DNA of 64,000 bases from Candidatus Krumholzibacteriia bacterium (GCA_041484665.1 JBGPIA010000001.1:896001-960000), one strand, 5' to 3'; counted from the stretch's first letter, positions 19,841 through 32,979 are shown. Notes: generated from the letters alone by a model not told the origin. Made by a program: numbers and translations.

Positions 19841-21025
19841 ATGCGTAGGATCCGCCACTCTCGGCACCGCCCCATACGCCCTGGCTCTGGACCTGATCCA
19901 TGCAAGGCCAGAGGCGCTGCTACGGTTCTTGGGTTCGGCCTGGTAGCCCTGCACAGCCTGGTCCTCTTCGTGCCCCTTGGCCTTGCTGCCTTTGCCCATC
20001 CAGGCGCGATGGTTACCAGTCACGAGCTTGCGATTGCGAAAGCCAGGATTGCTGCCGGTCAACAACCAGCGGCTGGCGCACTCAGCTACATGCAAAGCCG
20101 TCCGGAAGCCGGTCTCAGCTATGCTGCGGCTCCAGTACCCAACGTCCATCAAGACGCTTATGGTGCGAACGATGTCGGTGGGTGGACTATGATGTATGAT
20201 GCCAGGGCAGCCTATCTTCACGCGTTGCTTTGGGCGGTCACCGACAGCCCGGCGCACGCGCAGAAGAGCATCCAGATTTTGAATGCCTGGTGTTATGCCC
20301 TCAGATCGATTGGCGGCGTCAATGCAAAGCTGATTGGCGCAGCGGCCCTCATTGGGTTTGAGAATGCAGCTGAGCTTCTCAAACACACGAACAGCGGCTG
20401 GAGTATCAGCGATCAGAATCAGTTTGTCACAATGCTGCGTACAATCGGCTATCCCCTGATACAGGACTTCTCACCTTCTTCCAACGGCAATTGGGATTCT
20501 ATCATTACCCACGCTATGATCGACATGGGCGTATTCTTGGATGATCAGGTGATCTTTGACCGTGCTGTAAATTATTTTAAGAGCGGTGCTGGTAACGGAT
20601 CGCTTCCCCACTATGTCAGGACAGATGGGACAACCCAAGAAACCGCGCGTGACCCTGAACATGAGAATATGGGGATCTCCGGACTAATTGGGACCGCCCA
20701 GACCGCGCTGCATCAAGGGATTGATCTTTACAGTTTTCCGGATAACCGTTTGCTGGCAGGTGCTGAGGGAGTCGCCGCCAGAATCTATGTCTATGCACCA
20801 ATACCGGTACCGTATCCATGCTGGGAGATGGCGTATAATCACTTCCATACTTTGGGGGGCTTTGCGATGCCCAATACTGCATTGGTTCTAGCCAGGAGCG
20901 GAGTCCGGCCGGAAGACTACGGTTTGATGACGGGGATTGGGTATGGCACGCTTACGTCGTATGGAATGACGGTGCCGCTGCAGAAGTCCACCTTCGGCCA
21001 GGTCAAGGCTCTCTATGGACGCTGA
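19841..21025 (+). CDS. secreted alginate lyase-domain protein, lower GC than flanks
   Basis: HPG after signal peptide, ILNAW, NGNWD, QETARDPEH motifs; RBS GAGGTG; C-terminal tail STFGQVKALYGR. Confidence 0.75.
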   Translation: MRRIRHSRHRPIRPGSGPDPCKARGAATVLGFGLVALHSLVLFVPLGLAAFAHPGAMVTSHELAIAKARIAAGQQPAAGALSYMQSRPEAGLSYAAAPVPNVHQDAYGANDVGGWTMMYDARAAYLHALLWAVTDSPAHAQKSIQILNAWCYALRSIGGVNAKLIGAAALIGFENAAELLKHTNSGWSISDQNQFVTMLRTIGYPLIQDFSPSSNGNWDSIITHAMIDMGVFLDDQVIFDRAVNYFKSGAGNGSLPHYVRTDGTTQETARDPEHENMGISGLIGTAQTALHQGIDLYSFPDNRLLAGAEGVAARIYVYAPIPVPYPCWEMAYNHFHTLGGFAMPNTALVLARSGVRPEDYGLMTGIGYGTLTSYGMTVPLQKSTFGQVKALYGR

Positions 21026-21351
21026 GGCGGCGCTGCACAGGGTGCGCGCGTAGATCGTGGGCTTTCCACGCGCGCCCGCGACGATACACCTGCCTGGTCG
21101 CGCTGCCCTGGTCTCCTGAGGCCCGCGGCCCCCGCTGAGGCTAGGCCAGTCGACACGCCGGCAGGCCGGAGTCGGCGGGAGCGCTGTCGCAGCGACCTGC
21201 GCTCCCTCCGCCGGGGGATACGTTTTTGGCCCCACCCCCTTACGTCCGGGTGGGCTGGGACGAACTTCCGCTGCACGCGTGCGGGCCCGGCGGCGGCGCT
21301 CCGCCGAGCTTCGCACGCGCGTACGGTGGATGGCGGTCAGCCGATCGCGTC

Positions 21352-24189
21352 CTACTTCACGAGCGTCAGCTTCCGCTCCAGGGTCCGGACCGATCCGTTG
21401 GAGTCCTCTGTCTCGAGGCGATAGATGTACACGCCCGCCGCCACCGGCCGGCCCGCGGCGTCGGTGGAGTCCCACAGGCGCGCGTGGGGCCCAGCCGGCA
21501 GGTCCGCATCCAGCAGCGTGCGCACGTGGCGGCCACGTACATCGAACACCGCCAAGGTCGCGTGCGCCGGCAGGTCCAGCGAGAACGCAATCGTCGTGCG
21601 CGGGTTGAACGGGTTGGGAGCATTCTGCTGGAGCGCGAACGCGTAGCGCTCCGGTGTGTCCGCGTTCGTGGCCCCCGTCAGGATAATCGAGATGGCATCG
21701 GTCGAGACGAATCCGTTGGCGTCGGTCACCTCGAGCGTGATCGTCTCCGGCTCGACCTGCCCCACCACCTTGCTGCTGGGAACAAGGCTCTTCGTCGCGA
21801 ACTGCGGTTGCGTCGAGAGTACGCCGTTGCTGCTGGACAGCCAGCGGAATGAATAGGGTAGCTGTCCGCCAAGGCCCCGGCCGGTGAACGGGATGAGCGC
21901 GCCGATCGGGAACACCGATCCGTCGCCCGGCGTTAGGATCTGGGCGCGTGGAGCCGGCGTGTTCGCCGCCATGTACAGACGCGCCGGCACGGAAGCTTGG
22001 CTCCCTTCCTTCCCCATGTGCACGAGATCCACGTCCATGTAGAAGATGGGGGGCAGCGTCGTCTGCGGGTCGAGATACCCGCGCTCGAAGTAACCCATGT
22101 TGACGTCGCGCACCACGACCTGGTCGGCGAGCGTCTCGGGAGGTGACTCCAGCACGTTGTAACCGAACGCAGAGAGCTGGTCGAGGGCCGCTTGCAATGG
22201 AAGCGTCTGTACCGTGCCCACGGCGCTCACCGCACGTTGCACGCTGCTGACGCCCAGCAGCTCACCATGTGCCCCGATGTTCATGGTGGTGCGCCCACCC
22301 CGCCCCAGCACCGGGAACATGGGCGCTCCCGGCAATCCGAGCATGCGGCCGAAGACAACGTCGTACGAGAACAGATAGCGATCCACCTCGGTGATCTGGC
22401 CCGACGTGCCTTCCTCGAAGCCGACGGCTTGCACGGGGCGCACGGCCACCTCTTGCACCGCCGGGAGCGTGAACAGCGCCTGCAAGTACTGTCCGGCTGC
22501 GTTCGAGGCTTGGGCGGGCGTGATGGGGTTGGGTGGCAATGCCAAGGGCACCTTGAACTTGTCCAACTGCGCAAAGAGGAACCCACCCGAGATCATCGAC
22601 CCCCACAGGCTGCTGTTGCCGGCGGATGCCGCGACTGCCTCGCGGTCCTCGGCGCCCGCCTGGATGGGTGGACAGCCGCCCGTCAGCAACGGGCACAGCC
22701 GCTGCAGGAGCTGGGCCGCCAGCGCGGGGGTCATCTGCGGTGGATTCACCTGGAACATCGGCATCTCGGCGGCCAGCTGCTTCTGAAGCACCTCCGGATG
22801 CACGAGCACGCGGAGCGCCGGCGTGCCGGTCTTGCCCAGGGTGGGAGGGGGCTCCCACGCCACCGGTTCGCTCGTACGCTGTGGGCCCCGGCCGAACCAG
22901 ACGTCGCCCAACTTGCCCATCTTGCTGACGGTCTGATCGATGTACCAGTGGGTCGCGTCGGGGGAGTCGGCCTCGACGGTGCCCTCGCCCCATGTGTACT
23001 CGTTGAAATGGGCTTGGTCCTCGGCAATCAGCCGGGCGATATCACCGGAGGGTTGATTGGAGTCATTGGCGTGCCACCACGCCTGGTAGATCGTCTCGGG
23101 GGAGTCGAAGGCCCCGGTGTCCAGGAGCTTTTCCGCGATCGTCTTGCCCCAGTTGTCGGCGCTGCTGATGACGTTCACGAACCCGGCGATGGTGTGCAGT
23201 CCATCCATGGCGTTGTGGAACTTGAAGTTCACGAGATTCAGGCAGCAGTGGAGCCACACCCACTCCAGATCGAGGTTGCCCCATGCTTTGCTGGCGTCCG
23301 ACCACAGCAGCGTAGCGTCATCGCGGTCCGCACGGGCGATCGAGAGCTGATCGTCGGAACCGTGCCCGCAGTAGATGACGTGGTCGGCTGTGTCGACCCA
23401 CGTGTCGTTAGTGCCCCCCAACGAGGTCAGCTTGAAGTCCTCCTCCCACGCGTTGCTGTTGCCGAAATCGAACAACCAGTCCCAGCCGTGGTCGTTGAAG
23501 TACTCGCTGAAACGCCCCGCCGTGTTGGGGGGGCTCGACAGGTCGTTGCCGGTGCCCGGGTAGTCCGCGCACCATTCGTCGCACACTTCTGAGGCATCCT
23601 TGTTCAGTTCGGGATCGTAGAATTGGGCTGCCATCTCGTGCACGACCAATTCCGCACTGCTGGCCAGCGGCCGCAGCTGGAATCCCGTATATCGGCCTGT
23701 CGGCACCGGGAGCTCGACGCGCTGCAGGGCGCCGGCGCCGCCCCTTCCCGCCGGCACGGGCTCGATCGCCTCGATCACCCCGACGTCGGCGACCGGCGCG
23801 CCCCAGGGGTCGAGCAGATCGACGGTGAACCGGCCGCAGCGGTCGATCAGCAGAGTGATGCGGTTCACGAACTTGGGCGCGCCCGCGAAGCGGACGGTGA
23901 TGGGAGAGCGCGTGTCCGCGAGCAGGGTCAGCCCACTGGCCTGGACCCCGTCCCAGAGCGCAGCGGAGTCACCGAAGTTGCCGGCGGCGGGGGCCGAAAG
24001 ATCAGCATCGACGCAGCGGTTGACGACACGCCGCACTCTCAAGGCGGTCCCGTGGGCGTCCAGGTCGTGCATGGCCGCGCCGTCGCGCAGGCGTGTTGGC
24101 TCGGCGATGGCGAGAGACGGGAGCAGCAACGCAGTTGTGGCGAGCGCCACGCGAACGCGGCGTTGTGGGAACAATGCCAGCATGGGCAA
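21352..24189 (-). CDS. large secreted protein with a central DUF6345-like domain and C-terminal FlgD Ig-like domain
   Basis: Signal peptide; AWEEDFK...DTADHVIYCGHG...WGNLDLEWVWLHCC...GLHTIAGF; C-terminal QNAPNPFNPRT...WDSTD...AGVYIYRL. Confidence 0.8.
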   Translation of the reverse strand: MPMLALFPQRRVRVALATTALLLPSLAIAEPTRLRDGAAMHDLDAHGTALRVRRVVNRCVDADLSAPAAGNFGDSAALWDGVQASGLTLLADTRSPITVRFAGAPKFVNRITLLIDRCGRFTVDLLDPWGAPVADVGVIEAIEPVPAGRGGAGALQRVELPVPTGRYTGFQLRPLASSAELVVHEMAAQFYDPELNKDASEVCDEWCADYPGTGNDLSSPPNTAGRFSEYFNDHGWDWLFDFGNSNAWEEDFKLTSLGGTNDTWVDTADHVIYCGHGSDDQLSIARADRDDATLLWSDASKAWGNLDLEWVWLHCCLNLVNFKFHNAMDGLHTIAGFVNVISSADNWGKTIAEKLLDTGAFDSPETIYQAWWHANDSNQPSGDIARLIAEDQAHFNEYTWGEGTVEADSPDATHWYIDQTVSKMGKLGDVWFGRGPQRTSEPVAWEPPPTLGKTGTPALRVLVHPEVLQKQLAAEMPMFQVNPPQMTPALAAQLLQRLCPLLTGGCPPIQAGAEDREAVAASAGNSSLWGSMISGGFLFAQLDKFKVPLALPPNPITPAQASNAAGQYLQALFTLPAVQEVAVRPVQAVGFEEGTSGQITEVDRYLFSYDVVFGRMLGLPGAPMFPVLGRGGRTTMNIGAHGELLGVSSVQRAVSAVGTVQTLPLQAALDQLSAFGYNVLESPPETLADQVVVRDVNMGYFERGYLDPQTTLPPIFYMDVDLVHMGKEGSQASVPARLYMAANTPAPRAQILTPGDGSVFPIGALIPFTGRGLGGQLPYSFRWLSSSNGVLSTQPQFATKSLVPSSKVVGQVEPETITLEVTDANGFVSTDAISIILTGATNADTPERYAFALQQNAPNPFNPRTTIAFSLDLPAHATLAVFDVRGRHVRTLLDADLPAGPHARLWDSTDAAGRPVAAGVYIYRLETEDSNGSVRTLERKLTLVK

Positions 24190-24630
24190 CCTCCGGATGG
24201 GTTGGGGCGCTCCCAGCGGGGCCGGGCGCGAGCCCGTTTCCGCGGGTCACGAGCAGGGAAGCGCCGTGGCAGCTGCGGCCGGATGCGGGCGGCGCGCGCC
24301 GGGCGCGGCAATCCACGCCGTAGCTGGAACAACGGACCGGACCTCGCCGTTCCTGCACCCGCAGTGGTCGACGCCGTACGCGCCCGGAAGACGCGCGGCG
24401 GACGGGAGGAGGGCCTGCAGCTGCAGGGTCGGCTTCTGGCGGATGATTCTACACCAAGAGCAGTGCGGCGGGGAACTTGGGCCAAAGGGCAGCGATGCCG
24501 AGGTGCTACGGCCGGCCCGCGGGCGGGGCGGATGTATGGGGGGGCGGAACAGGGAGGCTCAACAACCGCAGGAAGGATCGATCTAGCAGGCGCGCTGGCA
24601 CACCCGAGGGCGCGCCGGGGAGACGCTCGC

Positions 24631-26205
24631 TCAGCCAGCGACCGGGCGATCGCGTTCGCGGCCGGTGAAGACGACCGCGATGCGCTGGGGCGCCGGCGGC
24701 GGCACTCCCAAGGCGGGTGGACTCGCCGGGGCTGCGGGAGTCGCGCAAGCCGACGGGGCTGCTGAGGTCGCCGATCTCATCATTGGAAGCAGCGCGACAC
24801 AGCCGGCGAGCCCCGCCGAGCCGGTCGGGTCGACCGCGATCCCCGTCGCCTCACGAGCCAAGGCGTTTGCTTCTCGCAGGATGTCCTCTCCCACCACGAC
24901 CGGCCAGCCGCCGGTCTGCAGCATCCCGCGTACGACCGCCATCCAATCGTAGGTCTCGTCATCCAGGATGCCCGTGGCGATACTGCGCGGTGCCGGCTGC
25001 CACGGCCACATGAACTCGCTGCGGTGCACGGCGGCGTAATCCAGCTCCTCGGCGATCGCAAGATCGGGTGCCCGCCGCAGGAGCTGCTCGGCGCGCTCGG
25101 CTGGAGAGAGCCGCTCGCGCGCCGCACCAACGCCGTCGCGCTCGAGCCGGGTTTGCAGCCGTTCCGCCGTCCGCTCGTAGGCTCGCTGCAGCGGATGTCC
25201 GCCCGTAGTCTGCACGGCGTGGAAGGCCGGTCGGCGCGCAAGCGCTCCGGCGCGCTCGGCCTCCTCGAAGCCCTGGATCACGGCGCTCGCGAGCGCGCCC
25301 CCCCCCACCTGGAGGAACACGCGGTCCAGCGAGCCGCCCACGCGCAGCAGCTCGGACACCATCTCCCAGGCGAGCGTCATCCCCCCCTCGATGGTCAGGC
25401 CGTTCTGGTTGCCCTGGCACGTGAACGGCACCGCACCGACGTCGACCGCGCCCAGGAACGCGAGGTACGCCGGGTCGCCGGGTACGCCGGGCTGGCGCGG
25501 GCAGACGGTCAGTCGCGCGTCCAGGGCGCGCAGGCGATCCACGACCGCGGGATGGGCGTCCTGCGGGATGTAGACGTGGAGCGCACGGCTTGCCGCCTTC
25601 GCCACCACGGCCGCTGCGAGCGCGGCGTTACCGCAGCTCGCGATAGCGAGCGGCGCAGCGGCTGCCGCAAGATGTTGCCCGCTGCGCAGGCGGCCGGATA
25701 CCGCCAGCCAGATCGCCAGCCCCATCAGGTGGCGACCCTTGTGCGAGCCCGACACGTTGCACGTCTCGTCCTTCACCCAGACCGCACCCCCCTCTGGGAA
25801 GTCGAGGCGTTTGCCCAGTGCGAGGGCGGTCGCGAACGGCGTCGTCCGAAAGCCGGTGCCGTCGACCTGGGCCACGGCCGCATCGAGCTGGCGCACCAGC
25901 GCTACGTAGTCGTCATCGGACATGCCGCCGGCGCGGGCGACATGGTACGCGTGCAGCAGCACGCGGTAACGCACGAAGGGGTTGGGCTCCTCGGAAAGGA
26001 AGATGCGCTGCCAGTATGCGCGACTCTGCTCGAAGGTGTGCGCTCCATGGGTGGCCGCCACCGCGCCCAGGTCCAGGCGCCGGATCAGCAGGTGGTCGAC
26101 GTCATCCCCACGCCCGGCGTGCCAGCAGCGAAACGGAGAGGGATCGTCGTCTGCGGCCTTCCAGCCACAGGCGCCGCAGACCATGCGTGAGGGAAACGAG
26201 CTCAT
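24631..26205 (-). CDS. fold-type II PLP enzyme, threonine synthase-like, with N-terminal CxxC...C motif
   Basis: VKDETCNVSGSHKGR, ASCGNAA, QVGGGAL, SIATGI, DPTGSAGLAG. Confidence 0.85.
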   Translation of the reverse strand: MSSFPSRMVCGACGWKAADDDPSPFRCWHAGRGDDVDHLLIRRLDLGAVAATHGAHTFEQSRAYWQRIFLSEEPNPFVRYRVLLHAYHVARAGGMSDDDYVALVRQLDAAVAQVDGTGFRTTPFATALALGKRLDFPEGGAVWVKDETCNVSGSHKGRHLMGLAIWLAVSGRLRSGQHLAAAAAPLAIASCGNAALAAAVVAKAASRALHVYIPQDAHPAVVDRLRALDARLTVCPRQPGVPGDPAYLAFLGAVDVGAVPFTCQGNQNGLTIEGGMTLAWEMVSELLRVGGSLDRVFLQVGGGALASAVIQGFEEAERAGALARRPAFHAVQTTGGHPLQRAYERTAERLQTRLERDGVGAARERLSPAERAEQLLRRAPDLAIAEELDYAAVHRSEFMWPWQPAPRSIATGILDDETYDWMAVVRGMLQTGGWPVVVGEDILREANALAREATGIAVDPTGSAGLAGCVALLPMMRSATSAAPSACATPAAPASPPALGVPPPAPQRIAVVFTGRERDRPVAG

Positions 26206-26271
26206 CGCCAGCGGCAGGGGTGCGTCATCGTCGGCCGTCCGGTCGCTTCTGGCATTGCGCGAGACCGTGCA

Positions 26272-27771
<1,500 letters not shown>

Positions 27772-27897
27772 CTCCCTCTCCCGCTCTGAGTAGGTCCAGC
27801 CCACTGGATCGGCTACGCCGGCCCGTCCTCGCACGCTCGGCCCCGGCGCGGCCGCCGCGTTGGGTTCCGCGCGATGGAGCACGGTGGCGCGTCGACT

Positions 27898-29028
27898 CTA
27901 CAGTGCGCCCATGCGCTGCCACAAGCGCGCGGCTTGCTCGCGGGCGTGCGCCTCGATCTCGGGGAGGTCCGCGCTGAGCAGCTCTCCATCGCTCACGACC
28001 GGGCGTCCGGCCACGGTCACGTGCGCGATCCCGCCTTCTCTGAACGCGATGCTGTCCGCGGCGATGTCCTGCGGCCCGAAGATCGCCGCCGCCAGCGCCC
28101 GGCTTCCCTCCAGGCGCTCGCGGGCCACGGTTGTGGGCTCCCCATGGGCGAGCGCCTCGGCATGCAGCGCGGCAGCTTCGGCCTGCAGGTTGCTGGGGTA
28201 GCCATCGGTGCCCAGCGCGATGCGAGGGCTCTCGCCCAACGCCTTGGGGTAGCCCACGCGATTGCCGCGGTTGGAGCGGGGGTTCTGCACCAGCCAGGCG
28301 CCGCGTTCGGCGGCCTGCCGCACCTCCTCGTGCGTCAGGTGGACGCCGTGGGCCAGAATGGACCCCCGCGGCAGCGCGTCCAGGGCGATCAGCCGCTGCA
28401 GCGGGCCTTCGTAACCGCGCCTGCGGGCATCGTCGCGGTCGGCCTGGTCCTCGGCCAGGTGGACGTGCAGCGGCAGCGCGAGCTCCCCGCACAGGGCCGC
28501 GGCCTCCCGGATCGTGTCGTCGGATACGGTGAACGAGGCGTGCAGTCCCATCAGCCCGCGCACCAACGGGCGTTGGCTGGCCATGGCGAACCGCCGGCAC
28601 TCGTTCAGCCCCGCTCGCCCTTCGGCACGGCCGCCGTTGCGCTCGGTGGCGCCGTAGCAGAGCACGGCGCGCGCGCCCAGCTCTTGGCATGCGTCGGCGA
28701 GAACATCGAGCGAGCCTTCGATGGAGCGTGGCGACTCGTGATGGTCGATCAGCGTGGTCGTGCCGGCCAGCAGCGCATGCGCCACATAGTAGCGGGCCGA
28801 GGCGCGCAGCGAAGCCAGATCGAGGGCACGATCCAGACGCCACCACACGCGTTGCAGGATCTCGACGAAGTTGCAAGGCGCCGGCGCGGGTACCGGCATG
28901 CCCAGCGGCACCAGGCCGCTGTACAGGTGGGTGTGCGCGTTGACGAATCCTGGTTGCGCCCGATCCGTGGCCGCGGTCCCGGACTCGAGCGTGGCCGGCT
29001 CGGTCGTGCCGGTCACGGCGCCCGTCAC
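27898..29028 (-). CDS. ssnA: SsnA-like amidohydrolase
   Basis: [58 protein letters not shown] overlaps the xdh stop (GTGA). Confidence 0.85.
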   Translation of the reverse strand: MTGAVTGTTEPATLESGTAATDRAQPGFVNAHTHLYSGLVPLGMPVPAPAPCNFVEILQRVWWRLDRALDLASLRASARYYVAHALLAGTTTLIDHHESPRSIEGSLDVLADACQELGARAVLCYGATERNGGRAEGRAGLNECRRFAMASQRPLVRGLMGLHASFTVSDDTIREAAALCGELALPLHVHLAEDQADRDDARRRGYEGPLQRLIALDALPRGSILAHGVHLTHEEVRQAAERGAWLVQNPRSNRGNRVGYPKALGESPRIALGTDGYPSNLQAEAAALHAEALAHGEPTTVARERLEGSRALAAAIFGPQDIAADSIAFREGGIAHVTVAGRPVVSDGELLSADLPEIEAHAREQAARLWQRMGAL

Positions 29029-31691
29029 GGCGCGGCCGGCGACCGGATCCGCCCGACGTGCATGGCGCGCGCGGCCGGCGAGTCCTTCATCGGCAGGGTA
29101 TAGCGGCGGATGCCGTCGAACGCCGCCAGCGCGGCAGCGACGGCGGGAGCGGTGGGCACCAGCCCGATCTCGCCCACGCCCTTGGCGCCAAACGGCCCCT
29201 CGGGCTCGGGCTCCTCCACCAGGATCACCTCGACCTGCGGCATGTCGACGGCGCGCAGCACGCCGAGCTCGCGCAGTTTGAAGGTCGCGGGCATGCCGCC
29301 CGGGCACGGCAGCTCCTCGGTGAGGGCGTAGCCCAGCCCCATGTGAATGCTGCCCTCGATCTGCCCCTCACACAGGTCCGGATTCACGACGCGTCCCACG
29401 TCGTGGGCGGCGATGAAGCGGTCCACGCGCCCCTTGTCATCGAGGATGCATACCTGCGTCGCGAATCCAAAGGAGGTGTGCGTCTTGATGCGCCCACCCG
29501 ACTCCTGGCCCGGCGCCGTCGTGTCATCGACCAGCACATCGGCCGCGTAGACGCGTCCCGCCAGCTCGCCCAGCGACCGCCCCGCCTGGAGATCGGCGCG
29601 CAGCTTCTCCGCGGCGTTCTTGACTGCCAGCCCGCCGAACAGCGTCGCCCGCGATCCCGTCGTTTGCCCGCACCCGAGCGCGTAGGTCGAGTCCACCTTG
29701 GGATGGAACAGCGCTGCCGGCAGGCCAGTGACCTGTACCGCGAACTGGATGAGCACTGTGAGCAGCCCCTGCCCCATCTCGGTGTAACCGTTATAGAGGG
29801 AGATCGTGCCGTCGGGCTCGACGGCCAGGCGCGCCTTGCCCCATTCCTTGGCGCCGTTGCCGATGCCGGAGTTCTTCAACCCGCAGGCGATGCCCACCGC
29901 CCGGCCCTGCCGCTTCGCGTCGAGGAAGCGGTCCTTCACCGCCAGCAGGGTCTTGCGCAGACCGACGGATTTCTCCAGCACTTGCCCCGTGGTGGTCGGA
30001 TCACCGATCTGCAGCGCGTTGCGCCAGCGGATCTCCCAGCCGTCGATCCCGAGCTTTTCGGCCAGCAGGTCCATGCAGCCCTCGATGGCGAAGGCGGCCT
30101 GATTGGCGCCGAAGCCGCGCATGGCGCCGCAGGGCGGATTGTTGGTAACGACGGCCATCGACTCGACATCTACGGCTGGCACCGCGTAGGGGCCGCCAGC
30201 GTGGCCCGCGGATCGCTCGAGCACCTTCGCCCCGACGCTGGCGTAGGCCCCCGTGTCACCCATCATGCGCGCCTGCACGAAGGTGAGCTTGCCCTGGGCG
30301 TCGCACCCAACCTCGTAGTGCATCGTGATCGGATGGCGCTTGGGATGGATGCGGATCGATTCTTCTCGGTCGAGGGTGAGCTTGACCGGACGTTGCGTCA
30401 TCCAGGCCAACAGCGCCGTCTGTGCCTGGACCGCCATGTCCTCCTTGCCGCCAAACGCGCCGCCATTGGGCACGAGCTCCACCTCGAGGCGCTCCTCCTC
30501 GATGCCCAGGAAGCGCGCCACCTGGCGACGATCGTCGAAGATCCCCTGCCCCTGCGTGTAGAGGCGGAGCTTGCCGCCGGGCAGCGGCTCGACCAGGGCG
30601 GCCTCGGGCTCCAGATACAGGTGCTCGATGCGTTGGGTGTGCCAGGTGCCCCTCACGATATGGGCGCTGCGGGCGCGCGCAGCGTCCAGGTCGCCACGGC
30701 GCACGACCGTGCGCGAGAGGATGTTGTCATAGTGCGGGTTCACGCGAGGGGCGCCCGGGCGCAACGCCTCCTGTGGTGTCAGCATCGGCGTGAGGACCTC
30801 GTACTCGACGTCGACCAGCTTCGCCGCCTCGCGCGCGGTGTGCTCGTCCGAAGCGGCGACGGCCGCGAGCACGTCGCCGACGCAGCGCACCTCCTCGCCT
30901 TCGGCGACGAAGCCGGGCCAATCGTCGTGGATCAGCCCGTACCAGCGCTGGCCGGGCACGTCGCGCGCCGTAGCCACGGCGACCACGCCGGGATGTCGCA
31001 GCGCGCGAGAGGTATCGATGCGCACGACGCGCGCCCGCGCGTGGGGTGCGAGCACCAGCGCTCCGTGCAGCATCCCCGGCTTTGCCATGTCGTCGACGTA
31101 AGGCCGGTCGCCCAGCGTGAGCGCGACCCCGCTGTAGCGCTGCAGGCGGCTGCCCACACGTCCGTCGGTGCAGAGCTCGGGCAGACCCTCGCCGCGCCGG
31201 GCGCGCGCCATGAGCTCGATCGCGTCGATGATCTTCACGTAACCGGTGCAGCGGCACAGGTGTCCGTCGATGGCCGTGGCGATCTCGCGGCGCGAGGGGC
31301 TGGGATTGCGGTCGAGCAGCCACTTGGCGCGCAGCGCCAGCCCGGGAATGCAGAAGCCGCATTGCAACCCCGCCGCCGCGACGAAGCTGTGGGCGATGAG
31401 GCGGCGTTCCTCGCTGGAGAGACCCTCGAGGGTGAGGACTTCCTTGCCCGCGACCTTCTCCGCGGGCACGGCGCAGGTGGTCTTGGGTTGGCCGTTGACG
31501 AGCGCGAGGCAGCAGCCGCACTGGCCCTGGGGCTGGCAGCCGTCCTTGGTCGAGATGACCTCGCAGCGGGTACGCAGCGCCTCGAGCAGGCTCTCGCCCG
31601 GGCGGACCGGCACGTGGACCGAGCGGCCGTTCAGTACGAAGTCGATCGCGGGCGCCACGGGACCATCCCCTCGGGCAGTGGTGTGCTCCAT
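29025..31691 (-). CDS. xdh: selenium-dependent xanthine dehydrogenase-type molybdenum hydroxylase (2Fe-2S + Moco, no FAD domain)
   Basis: [74 protein letters not shown]. Confidence 0.9.
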   Translation of the reverse strand: MEHTTARGDGPVAPAIDFVLNGRSVHVPVRPGESLLEALRTRCEVISTKDGCQPQGQCGCCLALVNGQPKTTCAVPAEKVAGKEVLTLEGLSSEERRLIAHSFVAAAGLQCGFCIPGLALRAKWLLDRNPSPSRREIATAIDGHLCRCTGYVKIIDAIELMARARRGEGLPELCTDGRVGSRLQRYSGVALTLGDRPYVDDMAKPGMLHGALVLAPHARARVVRIDTSRALRHPGVVAVATARDVPGQRWYGLIHDDWPGFVAEGEEVRCVGDVLAAVAASDEHTAREAAKLVDVEYEVLTPMLTPQEALRPGAPRVNPHYDNILSRTVVRRGDLDAARARSAHIVRGTWHTQRIEHLYLEPEAALVEPLPGGKLRLYTQGQGIFDDRRQVARFLGIEEERLEVELVPNGGAFGGKEDMAVQAQTALLAWMTQRPVKLTLDREESIRIHPKRHPITMHYEVGCDAQGKLTFVQARMMGDTGAYASVGAKVLERSAGHAGGPYAVPAVDVESMAVVTNNPPCGAMRGFGANQAAFAIEGCMDLLAEKLGIDGWEIRWRNALQIGDPTTTGQVLEKSVGLRKTLLAVKDRFLDAKRQGRAVGIACGLKNSGIGNGAKEWGKARLAVEPDGTISLYNGYTEMGQGLLTVLIQFAVQVTGLPAALFHPKVDSTYALGCGQTTGSRATLFGGLAVKNAAEKLRADLQAGRSLGELAGRVYAADVLVDDTTAPGQESGGRIKTHTSFGFATQVCILDDKGRVDRFIAAHDVGRVVNPDLCEGQIEGSIHMGLGYALTEELPCPGGMPATFKLRELGVLRAVDMPQVEVILVEEPEPEGPFGAKGVGEIGLVPTAPAVAAALAAFDGIRRYTLPMKDSPAARAMHVGRIRSPAAP

Positions 31692-31752
31692 ATGGTAGCC
31701 CCGTGCCGCGGCGGCCCACAAGGGCGCGGATGGGGCGCAGCCCAGAAACGGC

Positions 31753-32757
31753 CTAACCCGGTTTCGTGGCGGCCACCAACGAGTGCATCCCCTCGTGGCG
31801 GCGCAGCAGCGTGGCTGCGGCGAAGCCCGCCGCCTCGAGGTCCTCGCGCAGCTCGCCGAACGTGAAGGTGCCCCCCTGCGCGGTGCTCACGAGCATGTTC
31901 ACGGCGAAGAGCGCGCCCGCCACCGGGGCCGTGCGGGACGCCTCCATGACGATGTCGCGGATCAGGATCCGCCCACCGGGCTGCAACGCCCGGAACGCGC
32001 GGCCGAAGAGGGCCCGGTTCTGCGCGCGTGAATTCTGGTGGACGATGGCGCTGACCCAGACCAGGTCGGCGCCGCCCGGGAGGTCGTCGACGTAGAAGTC
32101 CCCGCCGACGAGCTTCACGCGCCCGGCCAGGCCGGACGCGGCAACGCGCGCCTGTGCCTGGGGGATCACCTGGGGCAGGTCGAAGATCGTCGCGGTGGCG
32201 CTGGCATCGGCGTTGGCGCGCAGCAGTGCCAGGGTCCAGGTCCCCGAAGCGCCGCCGACATCGAGCAGATGGCGGAAACGCAGCGGCTGCAGCTCCGCGA
32301 CGAGCAGCGTGGCGACCGGACCGCTGACGTTGTCCATGGCCTCGATGAACGCGGCATAGTCGGCGGCCGCGCCGCGCAGGCTGGGCTCGCGCGGGGCAAG
32401 CGTGCCACTCTTGACGGTGCGTGCGAGCTGCGCCCAGCGGCGCAGGCAATTGGCCTGATGTTGCGTGATGCCCAGCACGCTCCCCGCGTCGCCGTGCGTG
32501 AGCAGCCGCTCGACGACGGGGGGGATCTGGTACTGCGCTTCCTGCTTTTCCAGGAGCTGCATCGCACACAGCGCATCGAGCAGGATGGTTACGCCGCGCA
32601 GGCCAGCGTGGAGCTTCGCGGCGGCGTCCGCAGCCGAGAAGGGCGTGCCCTTGAGCAGCTCGAACAGGTCGAGATCCGCGGCGGCGGCCAGCACGCAGGC
32701 GGCCTGGTAGCCTCGCGCCATCTGCTGGATCTCATCGGCAGTCCACTGTCGCGTCAT
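31753..32757 (-). CDS. SAM-dependent O-methyltransferase with dimerisation domain
   Basis: LLDVGGASG, IFDLP, GGDFY, LQPGGRILIRD. Confidence 0.88.
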   Translation of the reverse strand: MTRQWTADEIQQMARGYQAACVLAAAADLDLFELLKGTPFSAADAAAKLHAGLRGVTILLDALCAMQLLEKQEAQYQIPPVVERLLTHGDAGSVLGITQHQANCLRRWAQLARTVKSGTLAPREPSLRGAAADYAAFIEAMDNVSGPVATLLVAELQPLRFRHLLDVGGASGTWTLALLRANADASATATIFDLPQVIPQAQARVAASGLAGRVKLVGGDFYVDDLPGGADLVWVSAIVHQNSRAQNRALFGRAFRALQPGGRILIRDIVMEASRTAPVAGALFAVNMLVSTAQGGTFTFGELREDLEAAGFAAATLLRRHEGMHSLVAATKPG

Positions 32758-32979
32758 GATCGGACCTCGTAGGCCGCGCCAGCCCAGCTGCCACCGCCGC
32801 GGGGCGCGCGACGCGTGCTCTGACTCCTTTGGACCGAATAGCCAGAGTACACCTGCCGTGCGCCAGCGTTCCATCGCGGCGCCGCTGCGGCCGGCCCCTG
32901 TGGAAGCGCGCTGGATTGGCGGGCGGCCCCCGTCCAGGCCCTGGCCGCAGCCGCGGGCACGCCGCGCGCCCGCCCGGAC

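Noticed and set aside
29058..31865. Long antisense and alternate-frame ORFs (e.g. 935 aa opposite xdh, 11320..13848, 58882..60999)
   Set aside because: Shadow ORFs expected from high-GC codon bias; Arg/Ala/Pro-rich with no motifs and overlapping well-supported genes.
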